This document shows positions 18,696 through 28,562 of a DNA stretch of 30,606 nucleotides, in pieces. The stretch comes from Macrostomum lignano (lineage: Eukaryota). Under the pieces are notes generated by a model. That model was not told the origin of the DNA and did no database searches. It was given only the letters and a program-made list of their open reading frames with translations. A program made the position numbers and the translations under genes. The DNA is taken from contig NIVC01002060.1 in the NCBI GenBank assembly GCA_002269645.1, forward strand, positions 1 through 30,606. The letters run 5' to 3'. The first letter of the stretch is position 1. Each line of letters opens with the position of its first letter.

Positions 18696-18723
18696 GTTGC
18701 CTTGGTAACGCTGATGACGCAAT
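18696..18723. promoter_or_regulatory. RFX X-box (GTTGCCTTGGTAAC) plus CRE/CEBP-hybrid motif (TGACGCAAT), 55-82 bp upstream of the TBC1D20 ATG
   Basis: Exact fit to GTNRCC-N2-RGYAAC at 18696-18709; TGACGCAAT at 18715-18723. Confidence 0.55.
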
Positions 18724-18799
18724 AGACAGTTGCTGAGGGCATTAAGTGAATTTTTTACCTCAAGAGCCAAATCAAGAATCTTGATTGCGAGCCTGATCA

Positions 18800-19283
18800 G
18801 AGTGGAAAGGAAAGGGGGTTGAAGATGAGAGATAAGAGAATAGATTGGATGAGATAAAATATAGAGGATAAAAGGAGAGAAGAGTGGAGAGAGAAAGGGG
18901 AGAGCGGAGAGAGTGAGGAGAGATGAGACAAGAGGGGGAAGAGAAGAGGGGAGTTGAGAGAAGGGGTAGATAGAAGAGGAGAGAGAGGTGAAAGAAAGGG
19001 GAGAGAGAAGAGAGGGGAGAGAGGTGAAAGAAGAGGGGAGAGAGGTGAAAGAAGAGGGGGAGAGAGGTGAAAGAAGAGGGGAGAGAGGTGAAAGAAGAGG
19101 GGGAGAGAAGAGAGAAGAGAGAAGAGGGGAGAGAGAAGAGAGGGGAGACCGGAGAAAGAGGGGAGAGAGAAGAGAGAAGATGGGAGAGAGAAGAGGGGAG
19201 AGAGTAGAGGGGAGAGAGGTGAGAGAAGAGGGGAGAGAGAAGAGGGGAGAGGTGAGTCGACCGAGAGGCAGAGAGAGAGAGAA

Positions 19284-19341
<58 letters not shown>
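18800..19341. repeat. Polypurine (A/G) low-complexity tract ending in a perfect (GA)n microsatellite, just upstream of TBC1D20
   Basis: Almost exclusively A/G on the + strand; pure GA dinucleotide run at ~19295-19341. Confidence 0.95.
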
Positions 19342-19345
<4 letters not shown>

Positions 19346-20029
19346 TGAGCGGATGGGATTGCTATTGTAAAGTTTCAAAGCATCGTCCCTTGGCCCACAG
19401 CAACATATTTACTACAGCAGTTTACTAATTTAAAAAAAACATTTAAATGAAATCAAGAAGCAAATATAGCATGTTTTAATTCAAATAGCAGAAATGTCAT
19501 ATATTTTTACACATTTATATGGCATCGATAATGACAAGCAGAAATTTTCATTGCCTATGCTGGGCGGTGCAGAGGTGCAAAAAGCTTACTAATTATTGCT
19601 GAACTAATCAGAATGTACGTCGCGTCTAGTACATCCTTATCGGGAAGATGGTTAGAAGCGGATAAAATATAACAGCTTAATGAAGTTAGCGAGAATTATT
19701 AATATTTATTGAAGTTAAAATTTAATCCTTGGACAAGCCGAGCGGGTACGAGATGACATCTCATTGAGATAACTTCAAGACTGAGTGCAGGTGGTACTTT
19801 TTAGAACTAGACTTTGCGCGAAAATAACCGATAAGAACTGATGCTGTTAGTAGTTTGTTGTACAGGAAATTACACCAAGTTAACAGGTCAATACTTATAA
19901 TTTTATAATCATTACATTATCATAGCTCTTACATGACTAACTGTAACTCGATAGCGTACCCAAAATGCTGATTATAGAATAAAATAAATCTCTTTGAATC
20001 AACCTGCCTACAACAGGACACTACTACAG

Positions 20030-21242
20030 CATCAATCTGTCTACTACAGCAGTCTGACTACAGCATCAAACTGCCTACTTTAGAACACTACCTACAGCAT
20101 CAAACTGCCTACTTTAGAACACTACCTACAGCATCAAACTGCCCACTTTAGAACACTACCTACAGCATCAAACTGCCTACTTTAGAACACTACCTACAGC
20201 ATCAAACTGCCTACTTTAGAACACTACCTACAGCATCAAACTGCCCACTTTAGAACACTACCTACAGCATCAAACTGCCTACTTTAGAACACTACCTACA
20301 GCATCAACCTGCCTACTTTAGAACACTACCTACAGCATCAAACTGCCTACTTTAGAACACTACCTACAGCATCAAACTGCCTACTTTAGAACACTACCTA
20401 CAGCATCAAACTGCCTATTTTAGAACACTACCTACAGCATCAACCTGCCTACTTTAGAACACTACCTACAGCATCAAACTGCCTACTTTAGAACACTACC
20501 TACAGCATCAACCTGCCTACTTTAGAACACTACCTACAGCATCAAACTGCCTACTTTAGAACACTACCTACAGCATCAAACTGCCTATTTTAGAACACTA
20601 CCTACAGCATCAACCTGCCTACTTTAGAACACTACCTACAGCATCAAACTGCCTACTTTAGAACACTACCTACAGCATCAACCTGCCTACTTTAGAACAC
20701 TACCTACAGCATCAAACTGCCTACTTTAGAACACTACCTACAGCATCAACCTGCCTACTTTAGAACACTACCTACAGCATCAAACTGCCTACTTTAGAAC
20801 ACTACCTACAGCATCAAACTGCCTACTTTAGAACACTACCTACAGCATCAAACTGCCTATTTTAGAACACTACCTACAGCATCAACCTGCCTATTTTAGA
20901 ACACTACCTACAGCATCAAACTGCCTACTTTAGAACACTACCTACAGCATCAAACTGCCTACTTTAGAACACTACCTACAGCATCAACCTGCCTACTTTA
21001 GAACACTACCTACAGCATCAACCTGCCTACTTTAGAACACTACCTACAGCATCAACCTGCCTACTTTAGAACACTACCTACAGCATCAAACTGCCTACTT
21101 TAGAACACTACCTACAGAATCAAACTGCCTACTTTAGAACACTACCTACAGCATCAAACTGCCTACTTTAGAACACTACCTACAGCATCAAACTGCCTAC
21201 TTTAGAACACTACCTACAGCATCAAACTGCCTACTACAGCAC
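20030..21242. repeat. Minisatellite, 34-bp unit (CAAACTGCCTACTTTAGAACACTACCTACAGCAT), ~35 near-identical copies
   Basis: Tandem copies. Confidence 0.97.
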
Positions 21243-21410
21243 ACTAACCAATGTACTATACAGCATTTATTGGATAATAATAATTGGATGATAATAATCG
21301 GATGATAATAAAAACAAGAGTGCACAAAATTCGCAGCAAAATATCAAGCAAGAAGAGAAAGAGAAGACAGAGAACTCCGTGAGCTAAGCCTATAGTTAAT
21401 TGCATTACGT

Positions 21411-21446
21411 TTTATTCATCGCATATACTTATAAGAAAGCTTTATT
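21411..21446 (-). terminator. Two AATAAA hexamers, candidate poly(A) signals of the 549-aa gene
   Basis: TTTATT on the + strand at 21441-21446 and 21411-21416. Confidence 0.45.
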
Positions 21447-21830
21447 GATCGCGCTGCATCATACTGAGGGGTGAAATCAAAAAAGCATAGAAGAATATTC
21501 CAACACGTTTCTGCAATAGTAATATTATTAATAATAAGCAACAATTTAAAGAAAACGAAAACTGAAAGCCAATCAATGGGTGACACGCGCAGGAGACGAA
21601 TAGAGAAACATTTAATGTACAAAAGCATAAACTGTTTTCTTCAAACACTCGCGCACTACTACAAGTAGCTATTTGTATATCATTACAAAAAATAGATAGG
21701 CTGGTGATTCTAGAAAACAGTTCACTCACCGATTTACACTATTTTTTCAACAGAGGGAATAGCAAGCTCTATTTACTCGTAAACCAAATGATTAACAATA
21801 GGGTTCAACTCGTAAACTTTAAAAGTTTTA

Positions 21831-22391
21831 CTGTTATTCAGTCGCTGTTCTACCATTTTTCAGTCACTGTTCTACCATTTTTCAGTCACTGTTCTACCAT
21901 TTTTCAGTCACTGTTCTACCATTTTTCAGTCACTGTTCTACCATTTTTCAGTCGCTGTTCTACCATTTTTCAGTCACTGTTCTACAAATTTTCAGTCGCT
22001 GTTCTACCATTTTTCAGTCACTGTTCTACCATTTTTCAGTCACTGTTCTACCATTTTTCAGTCGCTGTTCTACCATTTTTCAGTCACTGTTCTACAAATT
22101 TTCAGTCGCTGTTCTACCATTTTTCAGTCGCTGTTCTACAAATTTTCAGTCGCTGTTCTACCATTTTTCAGTCGCTGTTCTACAAATTTTCAGTCACTGT
22201 TCTACAAATTTTCAGTCGCTGTTCTACCATTTTTCAGTCGCTGTTCTACAAATTTTCAGTCGCTGTTCTACAAATTTTCAGTCGCTGTTCTACAAATTTT
22301 CAGTCGCTGTTCTACCATTTTTCAGTCGCTGTTCTACCATTTTCAGTCGCTGTTCTACCATTTTTCAGTCGCTGTTCTACCATTTTTCAGT
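21831..22391. repeat. Minisatellite, 22-bp unit (GTCGCTGTTCTACCATTTTTCA), ~25 copies
   Basis: Tandem copies; they explain the 22-aa periodic ORF 21704..22417. Confidence 0.96.
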
Positions 22392-22804
22392 CGGGGGGGC
22401 CGACTCTTGACTTTTAACGACTCAAACTCGTGTCTAATGCGGTGGAGACACTGGAGTGGCGTCACAACTGCGTCACGAGAGTTTTAGAATCGTAAAACAG
22501 TCTTCCAAGAATCGTTGAGTTAGCGCTCAACTTTCTTCTTTAGACTTTTTAGCGACTGGAGAACGCCGCTGAGACACCAGAGATGTGACTCTAATCAGCA
22601 AGCGACGGATCTATGCTTCAGTTTCAATTCAGCGACCCTAGCACGCCTCAACTACGACTGCAACGACACTGAGGCGACGCAAGTGACTCTAGGACGCTAA
22701 TTGGTCTGGGTACAGATTCCATTGAGGTGTTCATTGTTCCAGACTCCAGTACGCAGGACACACGTGAAGTCACATTACAGTAATTCAAACCCTGTTTACC
22801 CAGC

Positions 22805-24386
22805 TCAAGCGTCTTTATCCCCGCCATCAATGTACAGCGGCACCGCCAATGGGGGAAACGGCAACGTTGGCGGCACCGCCTGATCCTCGACAGTCGGCAC
22901 TCCGGCCGCGGAATCGTCGCCAACGCCAACAACGTCGTCAATGGTTGGCAAAAGCGACATCGGCAATTCGTCGGCGTCGTCAGCTTCGAAACCGAACGAG
23001 GCTGGCGCGGTTGACACGACAGAGGCGGTCGCCGCCACCGTTGCAGCAGCAGTTGACTGCAAATTGGAAGACTGCGATGCGGCGCTGACGGCGGCAGCCG
23101 AGGCGAACACGGCTTCAACAGAGAGTCCGCTGGCCTCCAGTCCGCGCACGCTCTCAAAAATGTCGTCCATGGAATTCTGGCGCTGAAGGCCTCCGCCTCC
23201 GACAGTGCCGCCAGCCGGCTGGCGCTGATGATCGATCAAAGCGGCGGCGAGGTTCAGGCCGCCGAGCGGCGACACGGCGATGGCATCCAGGGCCGCTGCC
23301 GCCGTGGAGCTGACCAGCGCCTCCTGCAGCGGTCGCGGCGGACGGCCCTTGGCCGAAGCTCCGGCCAACTCCGACACATCATATCCAGACGAGGCCCCAT
23401 CGTCGTCATTGTCGCTGGCGCCGCTGCCATCTTTCAAGTCGGAGTCCCGATCTCCTTCTTCGTCGTCGCTGCCTTCTGACGAGGCCGACGATTCGTACAT
23501 GGCTTTGCAGCGGCCGCGGGGTCGCTTCAACACTCGCCAGTGCTTGTTGCTGCGGCTATCATCCTCGTCATTCGATCTTTGCCGGCTCCGTTTTGTACTT
23601 TTCTGCTTTTTTCGCTTTCGCCGTTCCGGCAGATCCGACAGTCCGGAAGTGGCCGATGCGGACGCCGTGGCGGCGGCGGCGGCGAAGGCTGCCAGGCTGG
23701 ACAGCGGCGGCGGGCGGCGGGCGGAGCCGCGAACAGGCGCAGGTGATTCTTCATTGTCCTCCTCCCCGTCGCATTCGAATATCCGCTTGCCCCTATGCCT
23801 GCCGACTGCGCCAGCTGCCGAAGCTCCGTTGCTAACTGCAGAGTCCAGCTTCCCCGATGCTTCATCTGAATTTTCATCCTCGTCGTCCTCTTCGCCTTCG
23901 AAGATTCGTTTGCCCCGAGACGCTCGGCCGCGTCGGGCCGGCCAGGCTGCACAGTTGGCGCCGTTGATGCTGCACTGTGCCTCTTCTGCTTCTTCATCAT
24001 CATCATCATCCTCTTCTTCATCATCATCTTGGTCCTCGTCTTCCTCGCTGTCTGGCTCGGCGCTCCGCTTCAGGTAGGAATAGTACAGCTTCTTGTGCGC
24101 CACCGAGCGGTAGCCTTCGCCGAGGTCACCGCTGCCGAACCGTCTGGACAGGAGGTCGCCAGCCGCCGCCGCCACCTCCTCGTCGGCTACGTCGCCGTCC
24201 GGTATCGCCGCGTCAGTCGGCGAAGCTTCACCCTCATTGTCGTCGTCATTGCCAGCCTCGTCTGGGTCGTCGTCGAGATCCTCCGAGTTGATGCTGGACG
24301 GCGTGTCCTCGAAGATTCGCTTCTGCCGGATCGCCGGGTCGCGCCGCGCCTGATCGACTGGCGCCAATGGCGGCGGCAGATCCGGC

Positions 24387-24417
<31 letters not shown>

Positions 24418-24454
24418 GCGAGTTCTCGTCGCCTTCGCCGTCAGCTGCCGACAT
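22805..24454 (-). CDS. 549-aa acidic, Pro/Ala-rich, probably disordered and nuclear protein of unknown family; either a complete single-exon CDS or the last exon of a longer gene
   Basis: 1650-nt GC-rich ORF in an AT-rich context. It has poly-Pro and poly-Asp/Glu runs, a basic NLS-like stretch RRKRKKQKSTKRSR, KRIFE three times and one FGF. A splice acceptor (CCAACCTTCCAG|) lies 53 nt upstream of the ATG. Confidence 0.8.
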
Positions 24455-25224
24455 CTCGTCTCTCAGGGATTGACGGGCGCTTCAGTGACAGTCGGCTCTG
24501 AGGAGCTCTGGAAGGTTGGAATGGGATTTTGTAGAGGAGAATCGTTCCATAGATTGGAGCAACAAGAATTTTTTAATGTCTTTGCTGTTCATCCTTTTCT
24601 GGAATAAAGGAAAACTTTTTAATGCCTTTGCGGCATAATGTCCAACAAGACTGATATGCCATTTCTGATCTCGACAAGTCATGTCTACTAACTAATATTT
24701 ATATATGCTCAGCTGTCAAGGCTTATGGGGTGAATTACTGAGAGGTCAATGCTTGGGGGAATTACTGAGAATTATTACTTACAGGGGACTGCTGAGATGT
24801 CAAGGCTGTGAGGTGAGAAGCTACATGTAGTTTAGGCAAAAAAATATTCCATTCTTTTTCGGCTCCCTAAATCTTTGTCCCTGATCAATTTTACTCGAAT
24901 AAGGTGATTTTTAACCAAATATGGAATGCTTTCAAGAAAATGTGCTTTTATTTTAAAGGATTCAAAATAAATAAAACTAGTTTATATTTTTTGTTGGCCT
25001 TTTTTCTGAATAACATTAATAAAATCAATAACATCAATCCCAGCTTAGTTTCTGTGCCAACATTAGGCTACCAAATCATTAGCACATTGTACTTTTAAAG
25101 CTTTTAAAAAAAACAAAAACAAAAATTGAATTATTATGCAAATTTACTAAGATGAAAGTAAAACAAAAAATAAAAATAAATTGAAAAAACTGACATTTCA
25201 TACATGGGAAACCTTAGTGGCTTG

Positions 25225-25352
25225 GGATTCACCTGGCCATTTCTATTGGCAACACATATGTAAGTTGCTATTGGACAAAATAGTAGTCATGACTACTCTT
25301 GGCCAATAGCAACTTATATATGTGTTGCCAATAGAAATGGCCAGGTGAATCC
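25225..25352. repeat. 128-bp near-perfect palindrome (long hairpin)
   Basis: 50-bp arms (GGATTCACCTGGCC...AAGTTGCTATTGG) match 49/50 in reverse complement; the central AGTAGTCATGACTACT is self-complementary. Confidence 0.92.
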
Positions 25353-25685
25353 TACCATGATCTTCATAAAAACTTGTAAAAATTGACACTTGATTTTTTG
25401 CTCTATACACATCTGGCACTAAGGTTATATATGTTATATATATGTGCCATAGCATCCTGACTTTTTTTTGGCATCTTGGATTTGGACCTACAATGCCAAA
25501 TTGACATCCTATTTTTCTAATATTAACTTACCAAACCTATAACAAATTAAATTATCAAGGTCTAGAAACTTATTAATATTAAATTAGAAAGAAAACCTAG
25601 AAGTCAAACTGAAACCATTTTTTGTTTGAATACAAATTGCAAATGTATTTTTTCTGAAATTTAAAATTCTTTTTATTTCTTTCTT

Positions 25686-25750
25686 CCCTATTGGAATAAG
25701 TTGACAAAATGCGGACAACTGTCTGTCACATTTTTGGATTATCCAAGGTG
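25686..25750 (+). mobile_element. Solo left end of an element related to the 25863-26555 MITE
   Basis: CCCTATTGGAATAAGTTGACAAAATGCGGAC matches the first 31 bp of that MITE with one mismatch; no matching right end or TSD was found. Confidence 0.65.
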
Positions 25751-25862
25751 TAGTGCACTAGAGGGGTAGCGCACACTTAAATCCCTTATTGCAGCCAAGG
25801 TCTGAACTGCACCAGACATCCCTTTTTCCTGCACCAAACTGGGCCAGCATGCTAGACTATGC

Positions 25863-26555
25863 CCCTATTAGAATAAGTTGACAAAATGCGGACGACCATC
25901 GTTGCATTTTCGGATTTTCCTGGTGTTGCATCGCGCGACAGTAGTGTCAAGTGGTATGTTGCATCGCGCATCAGTGCTGTCTAGCACAGTGTCACATCCC
26001 GTGACACTGTGGCAACCTGGTGTCGTGCGACGCGACAGTGTGGCAACTTGGCAACTGGCATTGTCATATGTCGCGTTGCGGCCTGGATCTGCAGCCAAAA
26101 CCTCGCAAACTGCATATTTCATTGTAATCTGTTCACGGACTTGTTTCTCAGTATTTAAATGTTATAAACATGTTTGATAATAACTAGTCTTTGAATTGTT
26201 TTTTTTATTTTGACGGTAAAGTAACTAATACTTCAAATATAATTTTTAGAAATGTCACTTCTTAGTTACAATGCGTGTGCTGTTTTTCTAACTGCTGTAC
26301 CTTTGTTATTTTACTTTTTATTATTTTTAAATTTCATTTCTTTTTGCGCAAAATTAAAAGGAATCCTCTTGTCCTTTGCCCCATGGTCTTGGTCTTTCCC
26401 CCCCCCCTTGGTCATTCGGTCAACAGAAATTGGTATTGTGTGGTGCGTTGCTGCCCCCCAGTCAACAAAATTTGGTGTTGCCTCGCACTTTTGAGGGCAC
26501 AATTTTGGCACCCGTGTTGCGTGTCCGCGGGTTTTTGAAACTTATTCCAATAGGG
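25863..26555. mobile_element. Non-autonomous DNA transposon (MITE), 693 bp, 17-bp TIR, 8-bp TSD; hAT-like
   Basis: TIR CCCTATT(A/G)GAATAAGTT at 25863-25879 and 26539-26555 (16/17 match). TSD GACTATGC at 25855-25862 and 26556-26563, with TA at positions 4-5. Confidence 0.85.
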
Positions 26556-26689
26556 GACTATGCTTATATTGCTGGGAACCAATTTGTGCCAGATCTGGAT
26601 GTTTTCCACAATAATGGCAATTGGCTACAATAGGGACTTAAAAGATGGCATACAGAAGTGAAATTATGTTAAAAGGTAACACACTAGAT

Positions 26690-26985
26690 CATACATGCGC
26701 AACAGTTGGCCAAGTCGGCCGATCCGGCTGACCGACTTGGCAGCCAACCAAGGAAGTCGCAAAAATGCCCACCCAAAAAAACAAAGTAGTAGTACTAAGT
26801 AGCTGACGAGGCATTTTAGCTTTAAAAGACGGTCATAGTTACTCCTGCCGTTTACCAAAAGTTGCGTTGATTTTGCTTTTCGGTTTTTTTTACATGTAAG
26901 TTGCATTTTTGGCCAAAAACTACCTCGCATTTTTGTTAAAACTAAGTCACACGGCCGACCGAATTTTGGAGGTTGCGCATGTATG
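26690..26985. mobile_element. hAT-like MITE, 296 bp, 13-bp perfect TIR, 8-bp TSD
   Basis: TIR CATACATGCGCAA at 26690-26702 and 26973-26985. TSD CACTAGAT at 26682-26689 and 26986-26993. An internal hairpin GCCAAGTCGG...CCGACTTGGC lies near the left end. Confidence 0.88.
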
Positions 26986-27384
26986 CACTAGATATTTATC
27001 TCAATGAAAATGCAACAAAAAATTAAATAAAAATAAAAATATTTTTTTTACAAAATGCTACAATTGTAACATACTTATTGGTAGAGTTCTGCTATAGCTA
27101 TGGATATGGCTATGGAAAGTTACAGATAAAGGTTTTTTGGCAAAATATACAGATATAGATATAGTTATAGGAACATATTCTTCCCACATCTAGTTCTTAT
27201 ATCTAGTAAAACAACTCAATTGAGAATTGAAAGACCATTGGAGCTATTGATTTGATAGGGTTAGGGTAGTAGAAATAATGTTGCCAGTTTCAAAGTGAGG
27301 GAAACTTGTAAGTCCCTAAAATTTAGGACTCAAGTATCAACATAGATTGTCAATGCCATGTCCATGTTATGGACCTTGTGTGGT

Positions 27385-27760
27385 AGGGGCTAAATTTAAA
27401 ATGAATGTTTTCAATTTCCAAGGGAAGCTCTTTAAAGTCTCTACATAGATTTGGAGACTTAGCAACAAAGAGTTTTGATACCACTGGCATGTTGTGGTTG
27501 GGTAATAGGGGCTAATGTTAAGATGAATATTTTCACTTTCAATGCAAAAAGAGCTCTTAAGTCTTAAGGTTGGGGACTTAAACAATAAAGTTTTGATCAA
27601 GGGGAGCTTTAAGGTCTTTAGGATCAGGGACTAGGATGAGGTTAAGATATTTAGGGCTAAATTTAGGATAAACACTTTTATTTTCAATGTGAAAGGAGCT
27701 CTTAAGTCCTTAAAAATGGGGACTTAAGCAACAAAGACAAAAATTTTGACACTACATGTA
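27385..27760 (+). repeat. Three degenerate ~120-bp direct repeats
   Basis: The pattern GGGCTAA...GAGCTCTT...GGGGACTTA...CAA(C/T)AAAG...TTTTGA recurs at ~27388, ~27508 and ~27654. Confidence 0.6.
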
Positions 27761-27820
27761 CATTGAGCCAATTGAGGTTGGAATAGAGATAAGAGTTAAA
27801 GTTAAGATTGTAGAATTATC

Positions 27821-28562
27821 TGTATAACTTTTGTTGACACATTTTTAGACATATCTTCCAACAGTTTTACAATACTTAAAATGTTGCAAAAAGTATCGGA
27901 AAAGTATCGGAAAGTGTCATAACAGTTAACTTTTGCCAACACATTTTTATATATATCTTTCAACACTTTTATGACACATAAAATGTCGCAGTGTTGGAAA
28001 GTGTTGTAACTATTAGTGGGTAGTGTTAAGGTTATACATCAATCTAAATATACTAAATCTCTATCTATATATTGTATATGTACAACTATATGACACAATG
28101 GGATTGAAAGTTTCATAACAATTAAAGTTGTGATTATATTTTGCTAGACCTTTTTGATCTTTTGCTATATATACAGATAGTATAGTCTTTTTTATATGTA
28201 TGAATCTTAAAAGATCCCTTTATCATAGGAGCAAGGACTGTTTCCCAAATCAAAAACTTAATACCTTAACAAACATATATATACAAGCTTACATGAATAG
28301 TACATGAACATGACCTAGCTCTATGCAAAATTTTAAGTGTCTGAAAATGTGTTGGCAAGAGTTAATTGCTACGACACTTTTCCAAGACTTTTTGCAACAT
28401 TTAAGTATTGTAAAAAGTGATAGATATGTCTGAAAATGTATTAGCAAAAGTTAATTATTACAACACTTTTTCCAACATTTTTTCAACACTTTATGCAACA
28501 TTTTAAGTGTTGTGAAAAGTGTCAGAAGATGTATCTGAAAATATGTTGGCAAAAGTTATATA
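27821..28562. mobile_element. Foldback/MITE-like remnant with long (~200 bp), degenerate, internally repeated inverted arms
   Basis: 27821-28010 (TATAACTTTTGTTGACACATTTTTAGACATATCT...TTTACAATACTTAAAATGTTGCAAAAAGT) aligns with the reverse complement of 28330-28562. Confidence 0.6.

Noticed and set aside
17124-19428. ORFs rich in E/R/G/W or L/S/P (17124, 17819, 18797, 18988)
   Set aside because: Products of purine/pyrimidine low-complexity tracts that cannot contain stop codons.
1-22400. Regular 20-37-bp repeats as CRISPR arrays
   Set aside because: Units are head-to-tail with no unique spacers, there are no cas genes, and the context is spliced eukaryotic genes.
21704-22417. 237-aa ORF
   Set aside because: Translation of the 22-bp array plus AT-rich flank; no independent coding signal.
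22805-24454. Naming the 549-aa ORF as WAPL, Sororin or RSF1
   Set aside because: Only short-motif resemblance (FGF, basic-then-acidic repeats); no WAPL, Sororin C-terminal or PHD domain is visible in the window.
22648-24607. Overlapping ORFs on both strands of the 549-aa gene (e.g. 23280..24077 +, 24029..24607 +, 23527..24027 -)
   Set aside because: Shadow ORFs expected in GC-rich, low-complexity coding sequence; no recognisable features.
25243-27600. Short ORFs (65-99 aa) in the MITE cluster
   Set aside because: No transposase motifs; they lie within or across non-autonomous elements.
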